Numbered from the stretch's first letter, positions 39,249-50,221 are shown. The stretch is 64,000 nt of DNA from Candidatus Poribacteria bacterium (GCA_046582655.1 JAYGDX010000280.1:98493-162492), one strand, 5' to 3'. The notes: generated by a model not told the origin, from the letters alone. A program made the numbers and translations.

Positions 39249-40996
39249 TTGGATTTGATGTCATGCGTATCTAGTGATTTGACTTCCATTTGTGAAATCT
39301 TGGGTTCAACGTTGAGTGTTTTTTGATGCGTATAGTGGACAAAACCGATTCCTCTACGTTTTACAACGTGCTTAGCCCACGTATAATCAACTGGAACATG
39401 GTTTGAATGTTTGGCTTTACTAAAAACTGCTGCCAGCTGTGCAGCTTGCAATAATGTTGGCATTGGTATGCCTGGTTTCTTCTCAGGGTTACGGATGATG
39501 ACATGGGATCCGTGAATTTGCCTGGCATGGAGCCACATATCTTGACTTTTGGCAACTCTTCGTAGAAGCAAATCGTTCTCAGCACTGTTGCGGCCGACGT
39601 AGATTTGAAACCCATCTGGAGAGGTATATTTTCGAAATGTGCTGGTGGTTTGGCTGTCATTTCTCCTCTTGGCTTTATTCGAAATCCAACCTTTCTTCTC
39701 AAATTCGGATCGAAGTGAAAGCAGGTCATCAAGTGTTTGAGATGACTTCAAGCCGAGATGATAGTGATCTAAAACCTCAATTTCAGCTTCGTTATCTGCG
39801 ATGAGTTGATTAATTACGGATCTTCCTCGTTTGGCCTTGTTATATTTTCTGAAGTATTGTTGGGCATTGTGAGAAGGGCTGACCTGAGGATCCAGGTCAA
39901 TGGGGACAGTTTTCAAATCCGAATCGTAATAATTTTGTGCCATAACCCGCTTTTGTCCAGGTTCAACTTGGTGCAGGTTGGCCATCAGGAGTTCACCTTT
40001 TATTCGATATTGTTCTGCTTGATCCGCATTCTTCAGATCATGACGAAGCGAGACTAGCTTTCGTTCAATTGCGTCATGCCGTTTCGTAAGCACTTGGTTT
40101 AGTGTATAACGTTGTGATTGGATCATCTCCCTCGTAGCCACCATGGCATGGAAGAAGTCAAGTGCCAGGCTGAGGGTATCGAAATTTTTGATTTCGCTGT
40201 TTTCGATCTGAGTCAACGGTAGTATAGATACTCCTAATACATCTTGTGGGTTTTGTGGATTGATTGCCACTTGAGGAACCGCCTGATCTGGGTTAAAGTA
40301 AGCACGGATTTCTTGAAAGATATGCCATAGTTGCTCCAATGCTTTTCCCGTACCAGTTCGAAACAGAATCTCTTTGGCCAACGTCGGGTTGATTCCGTCG
40401 ATCACATTCATAATTGTGCGCCAATTGATATCAGGCTGATCTTGGAATGCTGTTATAAATTCATGCTGATTAACCTGGATTGGATCAAGTTTTTCTTGCT
40501 GAGGAGGGAGTTTATAAACTTCCCCTGGCAATACTAGACGGAAACGACTCATCGTGTCATCGATATGCTTAATGCTTTCCAGAATCTGCTGGCTATCCTC
40601 TTCCACGAGGACGATATTACTGTGTTTGCCCATTAACTCGATAATCAGAGACTTTGGCGTTCCTTTCAGAATTTCAACAAAAGGATTGATTGTGATCTTT
40701 AGAATCCGGTCCCAACCAATTTGTTCAATCTGAGTAATTTCACCATGGACAAGATGCTTGATCAAGAAATTAGCAAAATGAGATTGTTTTTGCCCTTTTG
40801 GCGGCTGGTTAGTGAAATGCACTCGTGCATTTGTCGAATGGGCAGAGAGGAACAGAAACTGCGTACTGGTTCTTCCTGAAATCTTGATGATGACCGTGTG
40901 AGCATCAACTTGCTGAATATGTCGTATTGTCCCCCCAATTAATTTGTCATTGAAGTCGGATGTTAGAATGTGAAGCATTGAGCTGTCAAAAGACAT
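39245..40996 (-). CDS. rqcH: NFACT family ribosome quality-control protein (RqcH/FbpA)
   Basis: MSFD, DRIL, IELMGKHSNI, NAQQYFRKYNK, VGRNS.END, WLHA...GSHV, VDYT. Confidence 0.9.
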   Translation of the reverse strand: MSFDSSMLHILTSDFNDKLIGGTIRHIQQVDAHTVIIKISGRTSTQFLFLSAHSTNARVHFTNQPPKGQKQSHFANFLIKHLVHGEITQIEQIGWDRILKITINPFVEILKGTPKSLIIELMGKHSNIVLVEEDSQQILESIKHIDDTMSRFRLVLPGEVYKLPPQQEKLDPIQVNQHEFITAFQDQPDINWRTIMNVIDGINPTLAKEILFRTGTGKALEQLWHIFQEIRAYFNPDQAVPQVAINPQNPQDVLGVSILPLTQIENSEIKNFDTLSLALDFFHAMVATREMIQSQRYTLNQVLTKRHDAIERKLVSLRHDLKNADQAEQYRIKGELLMANLHQVEPGQKRVMAQNYYDSDLKTVPIDLDPQVSPSHNAQQYFRKYNKAKRGRSVINQLIADNEAEIEVLDHYHLGLKSSQTLDDLLSLRSEFEKKGWISNKAKRRNDSQTTSTFRKYTSPDGFQIYVGRNSAENDLLLRRVAKSQDMWLHARQIHGSHVIIRNPEKKPGIPMPTLLQAAQLAAVFSKAKHSNHVPVDYTWAKHVVKRRGIGFVHYTHQKTLNVEPKISQMEVKSLDTHDIKSN

Positions 40997-41153
40997 ATCA
41001 AACCCTAGGTTGGTAGTTGGGTTATGTAGTATAATCCCTAATGGATATTCGTTGGCCATCGTGCATTTTGCACGTTTTTTTACTTTAGCTGGCTACTATT
41101 TTACCATAGATTTTTCCCAATATCGAAAGGTTCTATTGGAACAGATCAAGCGT

Positions 41154-43535
41154 ATGAAACGTAAAGTTTTGTGGGGAAGTCTTTTATTATTTCTCCCAAT
41201 TGGAGTCTTGCTTCTGAACAGTGTTTACCCTTTACCCGTTGAGAAATTGAAGCCGCCATCCTCGACAATGATACTTGACCGGAAAGGTGAAATTCTGCGT
41301 GTGTTTCTGTCCGAAAATGATACCTGGCAGATCGACGAACCATTACTTGATCAAATCTCGCCAAAACTTCAATCGGCGGTTCTGGTGTATGAAGATCGCT
41401 GGTTCTATCAGCATCCCGGTATTAACCCACTCTCAATCATTCAGGCTTTGATAACTAACATCCGGTCAGGTCGGATCTTACGAGGTGGCTCCACAATCAC
41501 CATGCAGTTGGCACGAATGATAGAACCCAAGGAACGGACAGTTATGAATAAGCTAATCGAAATGTTCCGTGCTGTCCAAATTGAAATCCGTTTCTCAAAA
41601 GATGAAATTCTGACTTATTATCTCAATATAGCACCCTATGGTGGTAATATTGTGGGGTCAACGGCAGCTTCTTTGATCTACTTTAACAAGTCACAGAGTC
41701 ACTTAAGTTTAGGAGAAGCATCTCTGCTAGCAGCCATTCCCAATTCACCAACCCATCTGCGTCCAGATATTAATCCTACTATGGCTAAAGAGGCACGGAC
41801 TAAAGTACTACGCCGAATGCTGACTCGTAGAATAATTAGCGATCAAGCATTCTACGAAGCCATGGGTGAGCCAGTTTCCTCTAAACGTCATAGGATGCCG
41901 TTTAATGCGCCTCATGTCTCGCGGCTACTGAAACAGTATTATCCCAATAGAGATCAGATCTATTCAACAATTGATTCGTACATGCAAAACAGATCGGAAC
42001 AGATTTTACGTCAATACCTAGCTCCGCTACAAAAACAAGATATCTCAAATGGATCGGTTGTTATTATGGATGCTAAAACACGTGAGGTTCTAACAATGGT
42101 TGGATCTTATGATTTCTTTGACAGGAAAAACCATGGTCAAGTGAATGGCGCAGTAGCATCTAGATCTCCCGGTTCGGCGTTGAAACCTTTCATCTATGGA
42201 ATTGCATTGAATCGAGGCTTGGTTACGCCAGAGAGTTTGCTCAACGATGTCCCAGTCGATTATAGTGGGTATAGGCCTGTTAACTACGATCGGCAGAACC
42301 GTGGGTACGTCACGGTGCGGGAGGCATTAACGGAATCGTTGAATGTGCCGGCAATCAATCTGTGCGCCAAACTTGGCGATAACGGTATTTATTCATTCCT
42401 CAAACAAGCGGGGTTGACAACTCTTGATAAATCGAAGATGCATTATGGGCTATCATTGATATTAGGAAGTGCCGAGGTTAGACTTATAGAACTGACAAAT
42501 TTGTATGCATCTCTTGCAGATTGTGGGCGAATAGCAGATTATAAACTAGCAAAACCGCAAAATAAAAATGATATGCCCAAGAGAAAACGGGGAGAGTGTT
42601 TTGAATCCAGCCAAAGGTCTTGGGATAATCAGAAACATCGAACGGGAAAACAAATCTTTAGCCAAGAAGCGAGCTTTATTCTATCTGAAATTTTATCAGA
42701 CGTCCGTCGACCAGATCTGGCATCAAGTTTTGAAGCTACAGCGAATTTGCCAAAAGTAGCCTGGAAAACAGGTACCTCTTATGGGCATAGGGATGCTTGG
42801 AGTATTGGCTACACTCCCGACTTGGTGATTGGTGTGTGGGTTGGGAATTTCGATGGGCATGGGACAGCAGGCTTAGTTGGGTCGGAAGTTGCTGCACCGA
42901 TCCTCTTTGCTATTTTTAATGCTGTAATCGAAAGGAATAACGCAAGATGGTTTGATCGACCTAATCAAGTTCAAACACGCCGAGTTTGTGCCTTAAGTGG
43001 AATGCCGAAATCGGGTTTCTGCCCAAAGACAAAAATGGATTTTTATATCACTGGCGTGTCTTCTCCTGATATTTGCTCAACCCATAAGCCAGTCCAAATT
43101 GATAACCAAACAGGTATGCGATTGTGTTCGTACTGTCGCCTTGGTCGAACTTACCATGAAGAAATTTTTGAAGAATGGAATCCCGAAATTGCAACGTGGC
43201 TTAATCGAAGTGGCTACATGATTGCCAAGATTCCACAACACACTCCTGATTGTAATGGCATTATCTCTGGTTCAGTTCCTATTATCAAGTCGCCATCTTC
43301 GGGGACAGTGCATCAGATAAGATCGGGGATTCCCTTGGAGTATCAAAAGATTTTGTTGGAAGCTTCAGTATCAAATCGAATCAAACAGATTTTCTGGTTT
43401 CTCAACGGCGAATTAGTTTTCAGGGGCAATCCCAGCCAGAAATTCTTCCTGGAACCGATTGCTGGCGAGCATATGTTAACCTGCGTTGATGGTGAAGGGA
43501 AATCAGCATCACAAACTTTGACAATTCTTGATTAA
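41154..43535 (+). CDS. pbpC: Penicillin-binding protein 1C (start inferred at ATG 41154)
   Basis: EDRWFYQHPG, GGSTITMQLAR, RSPGSALKPF, SLN, KTGTSYGHRDAW, C-terminal BiPBP-like domain. Confidence 0.9.
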   Translation: MKRKVLWGSLLLFLPIGVLLLNSVYPLPVEKLKPPSSTMILDRKGEILRVFLSENDTWQIDEPLLDQISPKLQSAVLVYEDRWFYQHPGINPLSIIQALITNIRSGRILRGGSTITMQLARMIEPKERTVMNKLIEMFRAVQIEIRFSKDEILTYYLNIAPYGGNIVGSTAASLIYFNKSQSHLSLGEASLLAAIPNSPTHLRPDINPTMAKEARTKVLRRMLTRRIISDQAFYEAMGEPVSSKRHRMPFNAPHVSRLLKQYYPNRDQIYSTIDSYMQNRSEQILRQYLAPLQKQDISNGSVVIMDAKTREVLTMVGSYDFFDRKNHGQVNGAVASRSPGSALKPFIYGIALNRGLVTPESLLNDVPVDYSGYRPVNYDRQNRGYVTVREALTESLNVPAINLCAKLGDNGIYSFLKQAGLTTLDKSKMHYGLSLILGSAEVRLIELTNLYASLADCGRIADYKLAKPQNKNDMPKRKRGECFESSQRSWDNQKHRTGKQIFSQEASFILSEILSDVRRPDLASSFEATANLPKVAWKTGTSYGHRDAWSIGYTPDLVIGVWVGNFDGHGTAGLVGSEVAAPILFAIFNAVIERNNARWFDRPNQVQTRRVCALSGMPKSGFCPKTKMDFYITGVSSPDICSTHKPVQIDNQTGMRLCSYCRLGRTYHEEIFEEWNPEIATWLNRSGYMIAKIPQHTPDCNGIISGSVPIIKSPSSGTVHQIRSGIPLEYQKILLEASVSNRIKQIFWFLNGELVFRGNPSQKFFLEPIAGEHMLTCVDGEGKSASQTLTILD

Positions 43536-43563
43536 ATTGTCTGAATTAAGCATTTTCTGGGAA

Positions 43564-44814
43564 TTAAGATTGAAGAAAACCTTCAAAATTACCGCCTAAT
43601 AGTGCCGCCACATCGCGTCCGATTTCATCCTGTGTTGTGATCCATCCAGAATCCAAGAGATCCTGGTATTTGTCGATCAGTACCTTTGAGATGATTTGGC
43701 GTGAGTGTTTCCATTTGTAGATGAGTTGATCTAGAATTCGTGCGTCAGAATGTTGTAGGATAATGCTTAGTCCCAACAACTCTAAGCGTTCGCGCGTGAT
43801 TTCATCAATGATACTTGGATTGTTCATAAACCACCAGCAACCGAAGATCATCAGGTTTGGAAACTTCCTCGCAATCACACATAATTCATGCTGGTTTTCG
43901 CGTGACAGGAGTGTGGTCAAAAATTTGTTGCTAGGATTATCCCGAAGCAGATTTTCCAAGCAGGCCAGATCTGTCTTTGCCATACCATCACCTGCCATCC
44001 GGAGTTGCGGATTAACTGCTCGGGTGACACCAATCATCAACGCAAACGGAACATTGTATTCAAGCGAAATTGGCAGGATACATTCTTTGATGACTTTTCC
44101 TCGTCTTGAATCCTCCGGGTACTGGAACTCTGGAGGAAGTGAAACTGCCATGTAATTTGGTTTCATTCTATTAATCCAATCTGATAAAAACCGTCGGATC
44201 TCACCCAACGATTTTTCCGATAAATCCAAATCGGTTTCGTAACCGAGTCCGGATAATTTGTCACGACCGACATCAACATAATCGTTTAAGATCGAATCAA
44301 TACGTAGCGCTGCCTGGAAACGTGGATCTCCTTTTCGACCAGCAAGCCAAATTGGTTGTTCTATTGAATCAAACGGGTCATTGGTCATCACAACCGACTT
44401 CACCTTAGCAACATCAAAAACTATGTCAATAAAATCCTCAATTTTTTGGTGGGCAAAGTATTCTCGATAATCTTGGAGATCTCGTGAGGCTAGATCCAAT
44501 CCAAGTTCCTTTAATGTTGTAACCACTCCTCGGCACGACTCGCTGATAGGTGAATTATTGATAAAAAGTGTCTGCCAGATTAAATCTGCCTGTTTAGTTT
44601 TGGTCATCGCCCAAAATTTTTCGTAGCTGATATCAGCAGATCGGAAAACTTCCGCAATGAGATAGTGGTAAGTAATCAACTCATCCACTCCCCAAAGAAG
44701 CAATCCACCAAAGTCAGGAGAAAACAAGTGGGTATGAATATCGATCACTTGTTGCGATTCGACAGCCTCAATTACCGTCTCTTTTAGTATTTGCGAATTA
44801 ATTACTTTTTGCAT
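43564..44814 (-). CDS. Glucuronate isomerase-like amidohydrolase-superfamily protein
   Basis: DIHTH, TYHYL, ISESCRG, MTNDPF, FGCWWF, HSDAR. Confidence 0.8.
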   Translation of the reverse strand: MQKVINSQILKETVIEAVESQQVIDIHTHLFSPDFGGLLLWGVDELITYHYLIAEVFRSADISYEKFWAMTKTKQADLIWQTLFINNSPISESCRGVVTTLKELGLDLASRDLQDYREYFAHQKIEDFIDIVFDVAKVKSVVMTNDPFDSIEQPIWLAGRKGDPRFQAALRIDSILNDYVDVGRDKLSGLGYETDLDLSEKSLGEIRRFLSDWINRMKPNYMAVSLPPEFQYPEDSRRGKVIKECILPISLEYNVPFALMIGVTRAVNPQLRMAGDGMAKTDLACLENLLRDNPSNKFLTTLLSRENQHELCVIARKFPNLMIFGCWWFMNNPSIIDEITRERLELLGLSIILQHSDARILDQLIYKWKHSRQIISKVLIDKYQDLLDSGWITTQDEIGRDVAALLGGNFEGFLQS

Positions 44815-45016
44815 ACTTAATATCTAAACATATGAGGGTAGAATAGTCAAAAAAATTAAGCTGAACTTGTGCTGATGTCGAATTTAACTCCCTATGTTTG
44901 TCACGTTCCATTAAGACCGAACTTTTACATGATGCTATTGACAGAAAGATTTAGGGTATAATAATCTCCAAGCAGGATGTGGTTTTGTCAGTTAATCTCA
45001 AAAATAATGGTGTCGC

Positions 45017-46198
45017 TTGATGCAGTGGGGAAAGATAATTCTGATCTTTTTATCTAACTTTGTGTTGATCTACTCCTTTGGTGTCGGTCAAACCAATACC
45101 GAGTTGCGACACCTGGAGTATGTTACGCATCTTGATCGGGGAGTTATGCTCATGTTTCAGGGCAATACTCCTAAGGCTATCAATGAATTAGAAAAAGCAC
45201 TAGCAATCGAGCCAAATCACTACGAAGTCCATCATTATCTTAGTATGGCGTATGAGGAAGATGGACTGTGGAATAGTGTTGTTTCGGCAACCACTAAATC
45301 GCTTGAGTTAAAACCAGATAATATAGAAGCTTTATATTCGCGTGGAAAGGCTCTCTTCAATCTTGGGGAATGGGAAAAAGCTTCCAAAGCGTTCCAAAAA
45401 ACTGTTGGTTACGCACCTAAGCACGCACGAGCCTTGAAAACACTAGGGAAGACTCAAATCCAGCGCCGTCAATTTGTTGAAGCTTCCTCTACGTTGACAA
45501 AGGCGTCCGAGTTGAATCCATTGTCAACAATCATCTGGTATCATTTGGGTATGGCCAATCTTAACCAAGGAAATTACAGGGAAGCCATTCCGCATTTTGA
45601 GAAATCGATCCAATTAGCGCCCACTTTTCCCCAGTCACATCATGGTTTGGGAACATCCTATCTTCGTATTGGGGAACGCAAAAAAGGGCAGGTGGAAATG
45701 CTTCAATTTCAGCAATTACAGAAGGATGCTACTGAACATGAACGATTATCTCGTTTGACGCAAGCAGAACCGGGAAATATCGAAGTTTTGGATGAATTAG
45801 CCAAGTTGTCTATGAAGAGGGAAAACTATCCGTTAGCTGTAAAGACGTTTCAGCGATGTATCCAACTTGATCCGCGAAACATTTCCCACTATCTCGGTCT
45901 TAGTCGTGCCTTCATGAGCCTTGGTCATCCTATTCCATCCAAGGATACATTATTGTATGCAATTGAACTGAGTCCAAACCAATCGATTTTGTATAATACA
46001 TTGGGATCTGCCTATGTAATGATGGGAGACATGTCCAAAGCTACCCAATCGTTTCAAAAAGCGGTTGGACTAGACCCGGAAATTCCTTTCTATCATCTTA
46101 ACCTCGCTCGGTTATATGAAAAGGCAGGTAACCTTAAGCGGGCTGAGGAACATTATCAGGCATACGAAAGCCTGATAGAAGAACCATTACATGAATAA
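45017..46198 (+). CDS. Tetratricopeptide repeat protein with signal peptide
   Basis: TPR units; C-terminal half resembles the TPR part of ORF 1-2164. Confidence 0.88.
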   Translation: MMQWGKIILIFLSNFVLIYSFGVGQTNTELRHLEYVTHLDRGVMLMFQGNTPKAINELEKALAIEPNHYEVHHYLSMAYEEDGLWNSVVSATTKSLELKPDNIEALYSRGKALFNLGEWEKASKAFQKTVGYAPKHARALKTLGKTQIQRRQFVEASSTLTKASELNPLSTIIWYHLGMANLNQGNYREAIPHFEKSIQLAPTFPQSHHGLGTSYLRIGERKKGQVEMLQFQQLQKDATEHERLSRLTQAEPGNIEVLDELAKLSMKRENYPLAVKTFQRCIQLDPRNISHYLGLSRAFMSLGHPIPSKDTLLYAIELSPNQSILYNTLGSAYVMMGDMSKATQSFQKAVGLDPEIPFYHLNLARLYEKAGNLKRAEEHYQAYESLIEEPLHE

Positions 46199-46973
46199 AT
46201 ATACTGTATGCTTTTTCCTGCTGGTTACATTGTTGGGCGCAACTGATGTTTTCAGTGACCAAGCAAATATGATAAGGGTTTCCTCTGGTTGGTTCACTAT
46301 GGGCAGTGACAATCGAGCTACAGATCAAAGACCGTCTCATAGAGTATACCTCGATACATTTGAGATTGGGAAGTATGAGGTAACGAACCAAGAATACTAT
46401 AAATTCTGGAAAGCTACAGGGAAACATACACCTGAGAGTCTCTCTCCTGAACATGGAGTTGGCCTATGGCCGGATCGGGCTTTAGAGTATCCGCTTTATC
46501 CTGTGGTAGGTGTTTCTTGGCATGATGCAGTGGCTTACACTAAATGGATGGGCGGTCGTCTACCGACAGAAGCAGAATGGGAAAAGGCAGCAGCAGGTCC
46601 TATTGACCGGCTTTGGCCCTGGGGAAATGCACCCAAACCGCATGCTAATATATGGAACGGAAATGATGGATATGATGATATGACTGCGCCTGTCGGACGC
46701 TATCCTAAAGGAAAAAGCTACTATGGCGCCATGGACATGGCAGGAAATGTTTGGGAATGGACAGCCGATTGGTACAGTGACGTTTATTACACTTATACTT
46801 CTAACCAAAACCCAAAAGGACCTGATGTTGGAAGTTGGCGCGTCATTCGTGGTGGATCTTGGATTGATAATATTAATCGGTGTTCCACCACCTTTAGACT
46901 CCAACTTTATCCTGGCTTAAGAACATCCTTCGTTGGTTTCCGCCTTGCGCGATCTATGGATTCTAGTGAGTAA
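46191..46973 (+). CDS. Secreted FGE-sulfatase domain protein
   Basis: RLPTEAEWEKAA, DMAGNVWEW, RGGSW, GFR; overlaps the TPR gene. Confidence 0.9.
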   Translation: MNKYTVCFFLLVTLLGATDVFSDQANMIRVSSGWFTMGSDNRATDQRPSHRVYLDTFEIGKYEVTNQEYYKFWKATGKHTPESLSPEHGVGLWPDRALEYPLYPVVGVSWHDAVAYTKWMGGRLPTEAEWEKAAAGPIDRLWPWGNAPKPHANIWNGNDGYDDMTAPVGRYPKGKSYYGAMDMAGNVWEWTADWYSDVYYTYTSNQNPKGPDVGSWRVIRGGSWIDNINRCSTTFRLQLYPGLRTSFVGFRLARSMDSSE

Positions 46974-47061
46974 ATCTAAAGCACCACGACAAAATGGGGA
47001 AAACAGGTAAGATCCTGTTAAAAGACTGGAAATGTGAAGAGAAAACATTAGTGATATTAGT

Positions 47062-48063
47062 ATGTTATTGTATACGAATTTGAGAAAAAAATCAGGAAAT
47101 TGAACTGGATCAGGAGATCTACTGGCCGAAAGATGGTACTGCCATGCGATTGATTCCTGCCGGTAACTTTGAAATGGATGACCCGATTTGTACCCCGAGT
47201 CCAAAGTGGAACTTGAAGGTCAAAGTGGGGGGATTCTACCTCGACCGGCGCATACCGTTGATACTTGATGCCTTCTATATGGATATTCACGAAGTCATCG
47301 TGGAAAAGTACAAGAAGTTTGCCAGTGAAACAGGGCGCACTATCGGAGTCTCTGGCAAGGTATTGAATTATCCAAATTAGCTTCCACTGACCAGCACCTG
47401 GTATCTATTCACTTGGTACGATGCTGAGGCCTATGCCAAATGGGCGGAAAAACGGTTGCCCACTGGGGCTGAGTGGGAACATGTCGCGCGTAGTGGGTTA
47501 GTCTTGGCCAGAGATGTCCCAATGGGTGGAACACAGGCAAACTTCGAGGATAAGAACATGTTTCCTATTGTGCTATATATCGGTTGCAATTTGGTAACCA
47601 TGTTTGATCAAGCCATATTGCGAAGATCTAAAGTGACAGATAATGAGAGGGGATTTTTCCTGAAATTGTTAAATGGCCCTGACGGTATAGATGCGGTCTT
47701 GCAAAATGTTGATTCATTTCGCGAGACCGGCAAGGATATTTTCCGTGCGTTATGTGTGGATGATGGCCATGCTGTTCTTGCCCCTGTAGGGAGCTATCCT
47801 CCCAATGGCTATGGTCCTATGATATAGCTGGAAATGCTTATAGAGAGGACTGCCGATTGGTATAGAGTTGCGACTACTATACACGTTCTCCAAAAAAGGA
47901 CCTGAAAAGAGCTAAAAACGGTACCTATAAAGTGATGCGGGGTGGGCTTCACCTCTTTAACGCCATTGATCTACATGTGGCTCGACGTGACATGTGGCGG
48001 CCGGAAGTTGATTTTAGCTTTGCTCTCGGATTTCGGTGCTTGGCAGATGTACCAACATCTTAA
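47062..48063 (+). pseudogene. Degraded FGE-sulfatase domain gene
   Basis: QEIYWPKDGTAMRLIPAGNFEM, LDAFYMDIHEV, RLPTGAEWE, APVGSYPPNGYG, LGFRC across frames with stops. Confidence 0.85.
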
Positions 48064-48134
48064 ATTTCACCACAAAAGTTGTAGGGTGCATTCCAAATTT
48101 TTTGTATAAAACCAACCAAATAGAAGTTTCAACC

Positions 48135-48959
48135 ATGAAAAAAACAATCAGTATCATTGCATTACCAAGTTTTTTATTTGCGTGGATTATGGTTGACCAA
48201 ACACAAGCTAAAGAGATTGTTTGGAAGGAAGACGGTGCGAAGATGGTTTTAATTCCAGCTGGAACCTTTGAAATGGGGGACCATCTGGGTAACATGGTAA
48301 ATGCTTCTCCAGTTCACAGAGTAGAGTTGAGTGCCTTCTATATGGATATTCACGAAGTCACCGTAGGTCAATTTAAGCAGTTTGTGCAAGACAGTGGATA
48401 CGACTACAAACGGTGGAAGGATATCATTAAGTATTCACCCACAGATGATCATCCGATAATTTTTGTGACTTGGTACGACGCCGTGGCGTACGCTCAATGG
48501 GCTGGGAAAAGGTTGCCGACGGAAGCAGAGTGGGAATACGCATCCCGCGGTAACTTGGCGGGTAAATTATATCCTTGGGGAGATGATGTCAACCATGATG
48601 ATGCCAATTATTTGAGTGTTGGTGGTAAAGATAAATGGAACAAACAGGCAGCCCCGGTAGGTAGTTTTGCAGCCAACGGTTTTGGGTTGTTGGATGTTGC
48701 AGGCAATGTGTGGGAGTGGTGTCTAGACTCTTACGACAATAGATGTTACCATAAGAGTCCGAGGACAAATCCGATATCTGCCCGCTGGAGTATAGAGGAA
48801 GTCATGAAAGATTATGTAAGTGTGACGTCAAAACGCGTATTGCGAGGAGGATCTTGGCATAGTGCTGCTGGAAACATGCGTGTTGCCTACCGCTACAACA
48901 GTATTCCTCGGGCTAACACCAGTTACCTCGGTTTTCGCTGTGTTGTGAATGTAGATTAG
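48135..48959 (+). CDS. Secreted FGE-sulfatase domain protein (start ATG 48135)
   Basis: Signal peptide MKKTIS...; EIVWKEDGAKMVLIPAG; RLPTEAEWEY; RGGSW; GFRC. Confidence 0.9.
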   Translation: MKKTISIIALPSFLFAWIMVDQTQAKEIVWKEDGAKMVLIPAGTFEMGDHLGNMVNASPVHRVELSAFYMDIHEVTVGQFKQFVQDSGYDYKRWKDIIKYSPTDDHPIIFVTWYDAVAYAQWAGKRLPTEAEWEYASRGNLAGKLYPWGDDVNHDDANYLSVGGKDKWNKQAAPVGSFAANGFGLLDVAGNVWEWCLDSYDNRCYHKSPRTNPISARWSIEEVMKDYVSVTSKRVLRGGSWHSAAGNMRVAYRYNSIPRANTSYLGFRCVVNVD

Positions 48960-49082
48960 AGCTGTTTAATCTTGGTCTCTATGCCACCGATTTGTTGTAT
49001 CTAATGAGAATGATGCAGAGCTTTCCGACTTTGCTTCATTTTGGTCTCGATGGTATGCATCTACCTAGTGGAAGATGCAAGC

Positions 49083-49145
49083 TTGATTAGCGAGCGTTTA
49101 CCTATCAACCCCTCCGAAAAAATTACCGATCGATAGACCGAAATA
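49083..49145 (+). pseudogene. Relic of a C-terminal-tail gene end
   Basis: LISERLPINPSEKITDR*TEI versus LIREYLPVEPSEKIATRWATI in the 50222 gene. Confidence 0.5.
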
Positions 49146-49338
49146 ATTTTTGCATAAAAATTATTGATAGTATTTAAAGAATATGTATCTTATAATTAGA
49201 AGCATGTGTATTATATATTGTGATCTGATTTGCGACTAACAATACTAATGAGTTATAGAATTTAGGAGGTCGAATAAATCATAGCCGATTTAGCAGTTCC
49301 TGATGTATAAATCCCAAATTAATAATGAGGTGATATAG

Positions 49339-50058
49339 ATGTGCCTAACTCTCAGAAGTTTGTTTCTAATCGCTTTGATTTTGATGCTTGGTGTTATGTT
49401 TCAGTCGGTCGGTTTGGCCGCAATCCTGTTTCAAGATGATTTTGAAGATGATACTATGGGGAAGGAACCGAAGAAGTGGAAATTCGATCCGGCTGCTGAA
49501 GTAAATAATATTGGCAAGATAGACAAAGATCCAGTTGACCCCACTAATCAGGTTTTTACCGGTTATGGAGGTTATTTGGCAGACAAAGGCGCAGTATACA
49601 AGGATTTCGTCTTAGAATTTGATTGGATGTTTATGAAAGACAACCAAAACAATTCCATCGGATTTCGCGTGATTGACCAAAAAAAGGCGCACTATCAGTT
49701 AAGTCGTAGATCCGGCGCGCAAGATTGGAAAATTTACCAGTTTAATGGTGCATGGAATGATATTGTCAGCAAAGCATGGCCAACAGATACTGAAACATGG
49801 TATAGCGTTCAACTGATATGCGAAGGCCCCTTGTTTACCGTTAAGGCGAAAAAAAAGGATGACCCCACACTTTTTAAAGATATCGGAAAACCTCTTTTAA
49901 AAATAAAGGATGATACACATGAAAAAGGGTTCATTTCGACCTCTTACTGGGGGCCAATTGATAATATCATTATTGCTGAGCATGAGAACGACATCTTGGC
50001 TGTTCAAACTTCAAACAAATTATCGACGATTTGGGGGAAGCTTAAAACTGGGCAGTGA
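49339..50058 (+). CDS. Secreted DUF1080/ConA-like protein with C-terminal tail
   Basis: Signal peptide; LFQDDFE, YKDFVLEFD, DTHEKGFI, IDNI; ends AVQTSNKLSTIWGKLKTGQ. Confidence 0.7.
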   Translation: MCLTLRSLFLIALILMLGVMFQSVGLAAILFQDDFEDDTMGKEPKKWKFDPAAEVNNIGKIDKDPVDPTNQVFTGYGGYLADKGAVYKDFVLEFDWMFMKDNQNNSIGFRVIDQKKAHYQLSRRSGAQDWKIYQFNGAWNDIVSKAWPTDTETWYSVQLICEGPLFTVKAKKKDDPTLFKDIGKPLLKIKDDTHEKGFISTSYWGPIDNIIIAEHENDILAVQTSNKLSTIWGKLKTGQ

Positions 50059-50087
50059 AACCAGCTTAACCTGAAACTAGACTGATC

Positions 50088-50173
50088 AAAGGGCATAATT
50101 TTAAGTAAGTTACGCCATTATCTTTAGCACAACGGGTAAAGATAGTGGTTGTTTAATTAAGATTATGCCCTTT
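50088..50173. repeat. 86-nt imperfect long hairpin
   Basis: Outer AAAGGGCATAAT/ATTATGCCCTTT; inner GCCATTATCTTTA/TAAAGATAGTGGT. Confidence 0.75.
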
Positions 50174-50221
50174 CCTAATAGCATGTTCTCTTTAGTGTGC
50201 TATCAATATAAGGAGTTGGGG

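Noticed and set aside
44938..44965. Sigma70 promoter upstream of the TPR gene at 45017
   Set aside because: TTGACA and TATAAT are only 13 nt apart and the alternative -10 is weak, so I did not call it.
80..48959. Diversity-generating retroelement acting on the FGE/CLec genes
   Set aside because: No reverse transcriptase or Avd gene is in the window, and I found no template/variable repeat pair differing only at adenines; the paralog 3' ends differ at all base types. A remote DGR cannot be excluded.
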